From contig CALSTM010000001.1 of the NCBI GenBank assembly GCA_943789275.1, forward strand, positions 120,001-152,000: a stretch of DNA of 32,000 bases. Direction: 5' to 3'. Below the pieces are notes generated by a model, which made no database searches, had not been told where the DNA came from, and saw only the letters and a list, made by a program, of their open reading frames with translations. Each line of letters begins with the position of its first letter. Positions within the stretch are counted from its first letter, which is position 1. Shown in pieces: positions 9,020 through 18,500 of this stretch. Made by a program: the position numbers and the translations under genes. The DNA is from Candidatus Poseidoniaceae archaeon (GTDB taxonomy: Archaea > Thermoplasmatota > Poseidoniia > Poseidoniales > Poseidoniaceae).

Positions 9020-9039
9020 CGTTTTTAGTTAAAAAAACG
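9020..9039 (+). terminator. A/T hairpin with T-run after the ABC permease gene
   Basis: CGTTTTT (9020-9026) - loop - AAAAACG (9033-9039), 35 nt after the stop. It contains a T5 run, the usual archaeal termination signal. Confidence 0.4.
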
Positions 9040-9147
9040 AGGTTTTACAAACTTCACACTCCACTCTTGCCTTTATCGTGGCACTGCGCATCTATATCAT
9101 CTCAATCTACCGTTTTTATTTATATGTAAAGCCAACTTTGGTTCTCC

Positions 9148-9160
9148 TATAGTATAAATA
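9148..9160 (+). promoter_or_regulatory. Candidate archaeal TATA box (TATAGTATAAATA) for the surface-protein gene
   Basis: AT-rich TATAAATA at 9153-9160, ~47 nt upstream of ATG 9207. GGAGGT (9195-9200) is placed as a Shine-Dalgarno sequence 6 nt before the ATG. Confidence 0.4.
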
Positions 9161-9206
9161 CGACGCTTTTCGTGGGGAGTATTACCGAACCATCGGAGGT
9201 ATAGAT

Positions 9207-11588
9207 ATGCGAAAAATAACCCCTATGATTCTCGTCATGTTGATGCTTGTGAGTGCACTCTCAAGTTTTGACTTCGCCGAGCTAGAAGAAAATGAAGTAA
9301 TTGAAGACACAGGTGCCCGTGCGGGTGCTGATGCAGACTTGGTTGCTATCACCACCCCGAAAGAAACAGTCTGCCCATTTGGAGCAGAATGCCGTAATGT
9401 ATTGAAAGTAGGCGATGAAACAACATTCTCAGCCTACATCAAGAACAGCGGCGATGCTGACATCACCGAGATGGCCTACACTGTAAATGTCTGGCTCTCG
9501 GACGCCAACGGCAACCCGAGCATGATTGCTAAGGATGCAAACGGCAATGACCTTTCATGGACCAACAACGATGTCATGTGTGCATCAGTTTCTGTATGTG
9601 ATTTCCAATCACTCGCTGCTGGAGCCGTCCTTGGTGGCGGCAAGCACACCATGTCCGTTGCTGGATCCCCGATTACGTGGACTCCTACCAAGGGATTGTA
9701 CGTCATTGAAATGGTTGTCAACGCTAACCCTGACGACGATGTAGGCAACGACGCAAAGCAAGTGTTCGTTACGGTCGAAGACTGGTACGACATCGATGTG
9801 GACCTCGTATGGGACAGCGGTATGGAAATGGAAAGTGGGTCCGGTGCAAAGCAGTGGACGCTCACCGTTAATGCATCTGGCTCCGATACCTTCGAGCCAC
9901 GCAATGTGCAAGTCCGTCTCCAAACCACTGGAGAAGTCGACAGTGCTCAAACCCTCGATGGAACAGTCATTGACGCAAGCACCACAAACATCTTCACAGC
10001 AGGTACCTCAACAACCGTTGATGTCTACGAAAACCTCTCGACAGAACCTTCAACGGTTACAACCGACTCCCGAAGTGTTCTTACAACTTGGACACTCACT
10101 GGTAGTCTGACTCCCGATGTTGCAAACGTGGAATCTGCTTCTTACGGTCTAAGAGCCTCATTGGTTGAATATGTTCAATACGACCAGTGGTCAAGCTGTG
10201 TTTACACCGATGCAGACAACAATTCATTCGATAATTTCTGTGAGGAAACATTCACTCGGGACGCATACCCTGCGACTGATTCCAGCACAATCGATGGATT
10301 TGCGAGCGTCTTCAATGATATCCGAATCTCACAACTTACCGTCGTTCAAGGTTACAACGATGACGGAACTGGACAAGGAACGTCCTTCTTCAACGATGCT
10401 AACATTGGAGAACTCAATGTTGGTACTTCGTACCTTCACGTTGAAGTAGAACACCGAGGCAGTGAAGCAGAATCAACATACAATTGGTCTGTCGATTTCC
10501 AAATCACTGATCCGGACGGAGGAGTTGTCGATGTCCCTGACTCGACCACTTGCGAAGCAGTTGAACCTGCATACCTCCAGTATTCGCCTCTCGGTATCGG
10601 CCCTGGAATGTCGATGACCGGTTACGCATGCACCATGATTAGTTTGACAATCGATGGAGAATACACTTTCTCTGCAAGCCTTTTGAATGAATCGAAGATG
10701 GTCGATGCCAAGCCATCCAACAACGAGAAGAGCATGACCGCCTCCGTACGCAACAATGCTCCACTGATTATTTCTCTGGACTTGCTGAATGACGAAGACC
10801 TCTACCTTGGTCAAGACGACCTCATCTCGATGGCTGTACAAGTTTTCGATGTTGACGACCCAAGTTCTTCAAACATGGAAATCGAATGGATGTTCAACGG
10901 AGTCGCTCTACCAGGATGCGACCGAGCAACAATGCGAACGACGTGTTCTGTTCTCATTGAACCGCAATTCGTCACCAACTTCCCAGTTTCCGTGAACGTC
11001 TATGACGCCAACGGAGGAGAAGTCTCGGCCGAACTCATGCTTCAAGTTTGGAACGATGGAAGTTATTCCACAAGTACCGCTAGCGGTTTGGTTCTCGCCT
11101 ATGACATGTTCTTCTGGGGCACCACTCCATTCAGTGTGAACGCCACAGACGGTGAAGCACAGACGAACACGGAACTTCCCGGATTCACTGGACGATACGA
11201 CTCAGTTGGTGTGATTGACTATGCTCCTTCAACAACCTACTCTGCAAACGATGTTCTCGAGCAATCCATGAGCGTTCAATACGCAAAGAGCCTCGGTGCA
11301 ACATCTCTATGGTACGTCAACGGCGCATCCTGGACTCTCCTTAGTGATGTTTCAACTGATGTTGATGCAACAACGGGTCAGTTCGCCTACATCTTCCCTG
11401 CAAATTCACCGATTCTCTCGAACGGTCAATTGGTGCTCATGGGTGGTTCTTTGGCACAAGCGGACAGTTCCTTCGGCAAGCATCACCGGATTCAATGCTG
11501 CGGCAGCAAAGGGTGGAGCAATCCAAATCAACTGGGATGTAGACGGTACTATGCTTGCTGGAGACAGCATCGACGTCACCGTTTGTGA
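9207..11588 (+). CDS. Secreted CARDB-repeat surface protein, 5' portion (frame broken near 11463-11470)
   Basis: Signal/anchor MRKITPMILVMLMLVSALSS. CARDB-like modules are present (DADLVAITTP...VGDETTFSAYIKNSGDADITEMAYTVNVWL...). The composition is acidic, T/S/N/D-rich, with many N-x-S/T sequons. The last ~40 codons (FGKHHRIQCCGSKGW...RRHRL) look out of frame. Confidence 0.8.
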   Translation: MRKITPMILVMLMLVSALSSFDFAELEENEVIEDTGARAGADADLVAITTPKETVCPFGAECRNVLKVGDETTFSAYIKNSGDADITEMAYTVNVWLSDANGNPSMIAKDANGNDLSWTNNDVMCASVSVCDFQSLAAGAVLGGGKHTMSVAGSPITWTPTKGLYVIEMVVNANPDDDVGNDAKQVFVTVEDWYDIDVDLVWDSGMEMESGSGAKQWTLTVNASGSDTFEPRNVQVRLQTTGEVDSAQTLDGTVIDASTTNIFTAGTSTTVDVYENLSTEPSTVTTDSRSVLTTWTLTGSLTPDVANVESASYGLRASLVEYVQYDQWSSCVYTDADNNSFDNFCEETFTRDAYPATDSSTIDGFASVFNDIRISQLTVVQGYNDDGTGQGTSFFNDANIGELNVGTSYLHVEVEHRGSEAESTYNWSVDFQITDPDGGVVDVPDSTTCEAVEPAYLQYSPLGIGPGMSMTGYACTMISLTIDGEYTFSASLLNESKMVDAKPSNNEKSMTASVRNNAPLIISLDLLNDEDLYLGQDDLISMAVQVFDVDDPSSSNMEIEWMFNGVALPGCDRATMRTTCSVLIEPQFVTNFPVSVNVYDANGGEVSAELMLQVWNDGSYSTSTASGLVLAYDMFFWGTTPFSVNATDGEAQTNTELPGFTGRYDSVGVIDYAPSTTYSANDVLEQSMSVQYAKSLGATSLWYVNGASWTLLSDVSTDVDATTGQFAYIFPANSPILSNGQLVLMGGSLAQADSSFGKHHRIQCCGSKGWSNPNQLGCRRYYACWRQHRRHRL

Positions 11589-12246
11589 AACAGTCGACTG
11601 TGTTACTGCATTCGAGATCTCTCTTGGTGCTGGAAACACATCGTATCCTTACTCTGGACAATCCACGACCCATGGTGTTGAATACACTGTGACTGTTGCA
11701 GTTTGTAACGAAGTCGGATGCAGCAGCCCAGTCGGAACAGGCACAGTCGTTGCAGACAGTGCTGTTGATGGCGATGCTAGCGCAACCAACCTCACCATCG
11801 CTGCAGCTGAAAACACATGGACTGTTTCATGGACTCCTGCTGGCGCACAAGATGATGTTGCTTCATGGAAGGTTTGCTACCAACGTGGTACCTTCGATGC
11901 TGCAAACATGCCTGAAACTTGCCTTGATGCGACGGGTACTACACTCGATGTTGACATTTCAACCTGGTCTGCTGGAACCTACACCTACCACTTCACTGCA
12001 GTGCCAGTGGATGCTCTGGGTAACTCCATGGCAGCAGCATCAATGAACAGCATTGACTACCAACGTGATGGTGATACGAGCAACACTGGTGATGGAACCA
12101 CTGTCATCGGCGAAGATGTCGAAGGTGGCGTTCCTACATGGACATGGGGCGTCATTGGTGGCGTCGTCGTCGTCGCATTCATTGTTGGCGCATTCATCCT
12201 CTCCCGTGGTGGAGAAGGCGACGAAGGCAAAGATTGGGATTACTGA
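11296..12246 (+). CDS. 3' portion of the same surface protein: two Fn3/Ig-like modules, TM anchor, short acidic tail
   Basis: The first ~57 codons of this ORF (MQHLYG...WHKRT) do not look like protein. From ~11467 it reads VPSASITGFNAAAAKGGAIQINWDVDG..., then a second module (NLTIAAAENTWTVSWTP...). The TM anchor is WGVIGGVVVVAFIVGAFIL (about 12139-12213) and the tail is GEGDEGKDWDY. Confidence 0.75.
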   Translation: MQHLYGTSTAHPGLSLVMFQLMLMQQRVSSPTSSLQIHRFSRTVNWCSWVVLWHKRTVPSASITGFNAAAAKGGAIQINWDVDGTMLAGDSIDVTVCETVDCVTAFEISLGAGNTSYPYSGQSTTHGVEYTVTVAVCNEVGCSSPVGTGTVVADSAVDGDASATNLTIAAAENTWTVSWTPAGAQDDVASWKVCYQRGTFDAANMPETCLDATGTTLDVDISTWSAGTYTYHFTAVPVDALGNSMAAASMNSIDYQRDGDTSNTGDGTTVIGEDVEGGVPTWTWGVIGGVVVVAFIVGAFILSRGGEGDEGKDWDY

Positions 12247-12271
12247 TCTTTCCTCCGGCAAGAATGAATCA

Positions 12272-12335
12272 TCCCTCTTACGAGAGGGAAGAGCCGCTGA
12301 GGGGGCCGTTTCGACGGCCCTCTCGGCCTCCTTTT
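12272..12335 (+). terminator. Two GC-rich hairpins plus T-run after the surface-protein gene
   Basis: Hairpin 1 is TCCCTCT-TACG-AGAGGGA (12272-12289). Hairpin 2 is GAGGGGGCCGT-TTCG-ACGGCCCTCTC (12299-12324, 11-bp stem with 1 mismatch). TTTT follows at 12332-12335. Confidence 0.5.
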
Positions 12336-12467
12336 ACTCCTCTTACACACCCTGACTTTGGAACTGGGTGTTTCGAATTTTTCAACGGAATTCATCATTT
12401 GATCACTGGGATTATTCTGAGACTTTTCTCAAGTGTTACTTTTACAAATTGTATGCTCCACTCATGG

Positions 12468-12508
12468 GCAAAGATGAACTCCAGTAAAGCGTATTGCAGT
12501 TCATTTGC
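12468..12508 (+). promoter_or_regulatory. Inverted repeat in the upstream/leader region of the giant adhesin gene
   Basis: GCAAAGATGAACT (12468-12480) - N17 - AGTTCATTTGC (12498-12508). The core ATGAACT/AGTTCAT is perfect. It lies ~90 nt upstream of ATG 12599. Confidence 0.35.
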
Positions 12509-12598
12509 AACCGAGAAAATCAAACATATTGCACCCCAACTCCTATAAGGGGAGCAAGGCGTGGGATGCTTTGCATACAATCCGTATAGGTGAATGAC

Positions 12599-15500
12599 AT
12601 GTTGGGAATAAAGAATACCAAAAAAGCATCTGTCTTTAACGGAATTGGCATAGCACTGTTGTTGTGCGCATTGATGGCCCTCATGCCTATGGCTGGGTTC
12701 GTCGATAACAACGCAGGCGACGTGGAGTTTGTAGCTATAAACGACACCGCAGAGGATGACCTCCTCGCTTTGCCAACTTCGAAAGATACAGGTATAGAAT
12801 ACGAATACGAACCATCCGATGAACTCATCGGCATGAGAGACCAAACGACCAAGACCTTCGTCCTTGAAGACGGCAAATTTGCGCAATTAACGCACAATTC
12901 GCCAGTACACTTCTTGGGTGATGAAGGAGAATGGACAGACATCGACCTCAACGTCGTTGCAACTGCCGAAGGGTGGGAAGTGAATGATAATACATTCAAA
13001 ACCCACTTCGCTCCTGAAACATCGAACGGTGTTGCTGTTCAAGTCGATTCTTCGGTCGATCCATTGATCATGGGTAAGAACCCCATGTTGATCACCATGG
13101 ATGAAACAACAACGACTCCAGAACCCTACGCTGCGGCTCCATCAAACGATGAAGTCGAAATTGGTGGAAACATGGTTCGTTACCCTCTTGCAGAAGGCTT
13201 CTCTCTTGACTACACAGTCATGAGCACTCAACTCAAGCAGAACTTGATTGTTGAAGAACGCCCAATTCTAAAGGAAACTGATGCATGGTTCGGTTTCTCC
13301 GAAATGATGCAACTTCCAACTGGATTTGCACTCTTCCTCGGTGAAGAAATGCTTGGTGAAGAAATGACCCAAACCCAAGAACCACTCGACATCCGCAGCA
13401 TTGAAACTGGTGAACTGCTCGCACAGATTCCAGTTCCAGTGGTTGTCGAACAAGGCTCAGGAAACGAGCCGTACATGGCAACATACTTCATTCAAGTCTT
13501 GGACTCACAAGTTGTCATCTCGACCCTTGTTGAATCGGAATGGATTTTGGCCGATGACCGCGTTTTCCCGCTGGCTATCGACCCAACAATCAAGGTTACG
13601 AATGTGAACAGTGGATACTGTCTCAAGAACTACAACCGATGTTACATGGCTCGAACGACCACGTACCTGCAAAAGGGACAATATTCCTGGTCAAGCTCGA
13701 ACGTTAACGTCAACTACTACTTGCCATTCAATTCGTTTTCGTTTACATCAGCAAGCCAACTACCAAATCAGGCAACTGTTGAATCGATTTCGCACTACCA
13801 AACTTGGACGTACAGATCGGTATCCAGTTCAACAACCATCACGAACGCAGCAGCAGCAACGGTCCTTGAGGACTGTGGCTCTCCAAATTCCAGCAGTATG
13901 CCATACGGCTGGACAATGCCTGCGGCACCGACCAACGGTTGTTCAAGCACGCTTGCATCGAGTGCATACGCATCGACCAGCACACAATACAACAGTGCAA
14001 ACGCTCGAAAGCTTATCGCGTCCATGTGGAACAGTGATTCTTTCGACACAGTAACGCCACCTTCTTCGAACTGGGGCGGTACTGGAGTTTCTGCTGATGT
14101 TTGTACAACTGCTGCAACCTGTGCTACCAGCACACAAGCAAGTTACATCACAGACGCCCAGAACGGCACCTCGTCAGTGGCTATTGGATACAAAATCCCT
14201 ACCAACACCGGCTACCTTCGTTCATACCACTCCAACGGTGGAACAACGAACTCTTACATCAGCATCACCTATTCCGGTGGAATTGATGCAGACGCACCAA
14301 CATCTGGATTCATTCCATACCACGATGTAACTTCGTATGTCGAAGGTTCTCGAACCTTCTTCACCACGCTTACTGACTTGTCGAACATTGACACAACAGC
14401 ATCCAACAAGCCTACACTGAACTACGCATTCAACAACGGAACCTTTTCCAGTGTTGCTGCAACAAGCATTGGAACATGCTCAACAACAGCTTCCTCTTGC
14501 CAGTTCAGAGCAACCATGCCAACAGTTTCCGCTGGAGACTATGTGGAATACTACTGGAAGTTCCAAGATCTAAACTCCAATCCAAACATTGGATTTGATC
14601 CGGCATTGAGCGGTGCACAAACGGTCCCAACACCGTACCACTTCACCGTAGAAGATGTCGATGATGCAGGAGATGACAAGAAACTCACGGTTCTCATGAC
14701 TGATGTTCACGCAAGCAGTTACTCGAGCCCGAGAGCCAGTCAACTCATTGACCGGCAATTCACGCACTTTGACGGCAGCGATGAATTCTACTTTGAATTC
14801 GATGTCTCAACATGTGGAACTGGTTCAAACCAATGTTTCTTTACTGGATCAACCTGGGACGCTCCTAACTACTACTTCTACAACAACTGGATGGGGCAAC
14901 ACGCAACTGTTGCTGGATCCGGATTTAACGGAATGGGCTCCTCATCAACACGTTCAGACACCTTTGAACACATGACCAACGATGGTGGATACCTCACCAT
15001 CTCTGCAGACAAAGGGCCAGGCATGAATTTGCTGTACCTCTATGACTCTGTAGAAAATGCATTTGCAATGGTTGGTATTGGAAGCACACCAACAATTGAC
15101 AGCAAGTTGTCTGGTGGAGATGCAATGGACGCAAGTTACACTTACGCCAACTCACCTGCATACAAGATTACGCTGGGTTCAGATTCGGCTATGAATGCTG
15201 CTGGAAAAGAAACCTATGGTGGACAGATGGGTCTGTTCTCATTCGGAAACGAAACAGGTGGAGCTGGAACAAACGCTAACCGCTTGTGCGTAACAACGAA
15301 CGGTTTCGTTCACTTCTTCCGAAGTCCATACGCATCTCGAGACCAATGCTCTGGAGCTTACTACTACGGTGGTTCATACTTCAGCGGCGGAACGTCCGAC
15401 GAAAGAAGTCTACCTTCGTACGTTTGGTCGGGATGGGTTCACGCAATGGGCTACTACGGATCACAGGCTGCAAGCGGAACTGCAACATACAAAATAGGCG

Positions 15501-18500
15501 GTGTTGCACCAGTCCCTGACACCTTTGCTCCAATCGCAGATCACGCTGCGCTTTCGGACTCGCACAGCAAAGACCGAACCATTTCGGTGGTTTTGTCTGA
15601 TGGTGGAGACCCACCAAGCGGCCTGAACGTCAGCACAACTGCTGGAGTCGGACCTACTCTGTACTACCGAATCACATCTGCAGATGGCACAACTGGATCT
15701 TGGACTACTGAAGTCCTCACTCCTCAAAGTTCCTCGACTCGAGCAGAGTGTGCGACCAGTGCATGCACATGGTCTGCAGACATCGAAGACCTCGAACGTG
15801 GTTCAGAAGTTGAGTACTACCTCTATGCAGAAGATACGTCGAACGCATCAACTGCAGTCAACACATTGACAACCAGCACCGAATCCTTCGGTGTTGGCGA
15901 CCCGAACAAGATGTTCATTGTCGAATGGAGAGACATGCAATACACAAACAACAACTTCCGATGTACATACCAAGCAGTCTTCTACGACGTCACGAATGAA
16001 ATTGAATTCCATTACGATGATGCTTGTAAGAATGCATACGATGCGACAACAGTCGGATTTATGGATCAAACCCGCTCAAAGGGACAGACTATTCGTCACA
16101 GCACGAGTACCTCGTACCTTAACGGCGCAAATCCCCACACCAACAACTACCGAATCTCCACAGACAGTGGAGACGGTTCTTGGGAATCCTTCGATCGAGG
16201 TATGACCGCAATGTCGAACGGTATTGCTAGCGATATCCAAGGTACATCTGGTGGAAGCCCATCAGGATACTACTGTTCTTCGAGTTACTACTTCCGAACC
16301 TATGGCGCACAATGTGCAGATAACATTGCAATGCCGAATGGATTCAACTTTACTTACTTCGGAACAGATTACAACTACACAGACAGTAACGATCGAATTA
16401 ACATCGAACGTCACGGTAACATGCACTTCGTAGGCAGCGGTTCAACCGCGAACGTCCGTGCAATGACGACCTGGTACGGCAACATGCCGAAACTACCTTA
16501 TTCGTCGAACAGTGCTGCACCAGCAGGATTGATTGCACCTTACTGGTCCTACTACGGAACTTACTACTGCTACCAAAACACTGGTGCTGACTGTGGTGTA
16601 TTCTACCGAACCATGCCTTTCGAAGGCAAGGGTACTGATATCACTTCAGATATTACCTCCGATACCACTTGGGATGCTACAGACAGTCCAATCCGAATTA
16701 ATCCGGCTGGCGACTATCTAACCATTTCAGCAGATCTAACCATTGAAGCTGGAACCGTTATCCAAGTTGGTGCTGGCAAGGGAATCTCCTTTGACGGTGC
16801 ATGTGACCAGATGACAATCAACGGTAACTCCACCGACCACGTCCTTTTCGAAGGATACGCTGGAGCAGATTGGAAGGGTATGGCATTCACTGGGGCTTGT
16901 TCAACAAGCACAGATAACCGCCACGTCTTCTCTTATGTTGACTTCAAGAACACATCTGACGCAGCCATTGCTGCCGGTTCACGCCACGGCTCGAGCCCAA
17001 TTAGCAATGCCAACGTTGGGAACTTCACAATGGACCACGTGACATTCACGAACGTCGGTGCAGCTTTCGAACACGGAAGCGGCCAAGGAACTGTCCTATC
17101 GATGACTGAATTCAGTGTCGATGGAACCGACGGTTCATGTTTCGACTTCGCTGAAGATACTGACGCAAGCCTAACTGAAGGAACAATTGCTAACTGCAAC
17201 TTAGACGGTGGCGCCAACGACGGTGCTATTGTCAACGTAGCAGGTTCGACTGGTGGTGCACTCTTCTTAGAGAACCTCACAATTACCAACGCATACGTGA
17301 ACTTGATTAGTGTCGATTTGGATATGGTTACCATCTCAAACGTCACTGCAACAGCAGCGACCACACAATCTGGTGCAGCACTGAACTCTGATGCAGGCGC
17401 AGGTGCTGAAGTTGATATCTTCAACTTCGATGCTACTGATTACACATCAGTTTCGATTGACGCCATGGGCTCGATCATGATGACTGACGTGGATGTAGGA
17501 GCCGCTCAAATGAACTTCATGCCTGGTGGAAGCACGACTTCCTCCACGACTGGCGCATTTGGAGACAATGCAGAATTCGACAACATTACAGCAGGTTTCA
17601 TGAACATGCGAAACTTGCAACCTGGGGTCTTCAAGGGTATTACTGTTGATGATTTGAAAATTGCAGGCGACACGACGAACTCAGACACCGTAGTTATCGA
17701 CGATCTCGACGTCGGTCATTTCGAAGTAACTGGATGCAGTGGATGGAACTTGCTGGTCACTTCAATGACTGCAGAGCGGTTCACTTCCAACGGATGTTCA
17801 GCAGCCAAGAACACAGTGACAATTGCTGATTCAACCATTGCACACACATCTGCACTTGATTCAGCAGTTTATGCACGATACTCTGATGTGACGATTGGTG
17901 AAACCACCATGACCTCAACAACAGCAGGAGCAAACAGCATCTACCTCGCACAAGCAGATACGAACTCGAACGTTCGTCTCATTGCAGTCACTCAAAACGG
18001 GGACGATTGTGCTGATGCAACCGGTGGAACTGGAGACTGTGACGTTGATGTCGCCTCTTCATCCTCTGAGATTTGGTTTGGTGGATTGGCAACAGTTCGA
18101 ACATACCGAATGGCGCTTGTCAACAACGTTGCAACACAAATCTTCAAGTCTGGACACACCGTTACTGCTGCAGTAACAGACAGTTCCAGTTCAGAACTCT
18201 TTGAAGTTGGAAGTCACATCACTGATTCGGCAACATCGAACCTCGGAGCTGCGAGTGTTTGGGTCATCACCGGCGATGAGTCGGGTGGAAACACTTACTC
18301 AAACCACAATATCCGTGCATTCGGGCCAGCAGGTCAGAACGAAACAATGACCAGTGCCTCGTGGTATCCTACTGCAGGATTTACCATTGGCAGTACAATT
18401 GACCTTTTGCTTGAACCAGCACCTGTTGACTTCGATCAAGCCGGCATGGATTGTGCTTGGATGGACGCCTATGTCGACCCATCCAACGGCGCGCAATTGC

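Noticed and set aside
11296-11460. 5' part of the 316-aa ORF as genuine coding sequence or an independent start
   Set aside because: The translation (MQHLYGTSTAHPGLSLVMFQLMLMQQRVSSPTSS...) is unlike the rest of the protein, and the overlapping frame of ORF 9207 is clearly coding here. The same reasoning applies to 19338-19600 of the 2,348-aa ORF.
12395-12999. Minus-strand ORFs 12395-12886 and 12520-12999
   Set aside because: They overlap the start of the giant gene and its upstream region. They are Cys/His/Phe-rich, not protein-like, and have no motifs.
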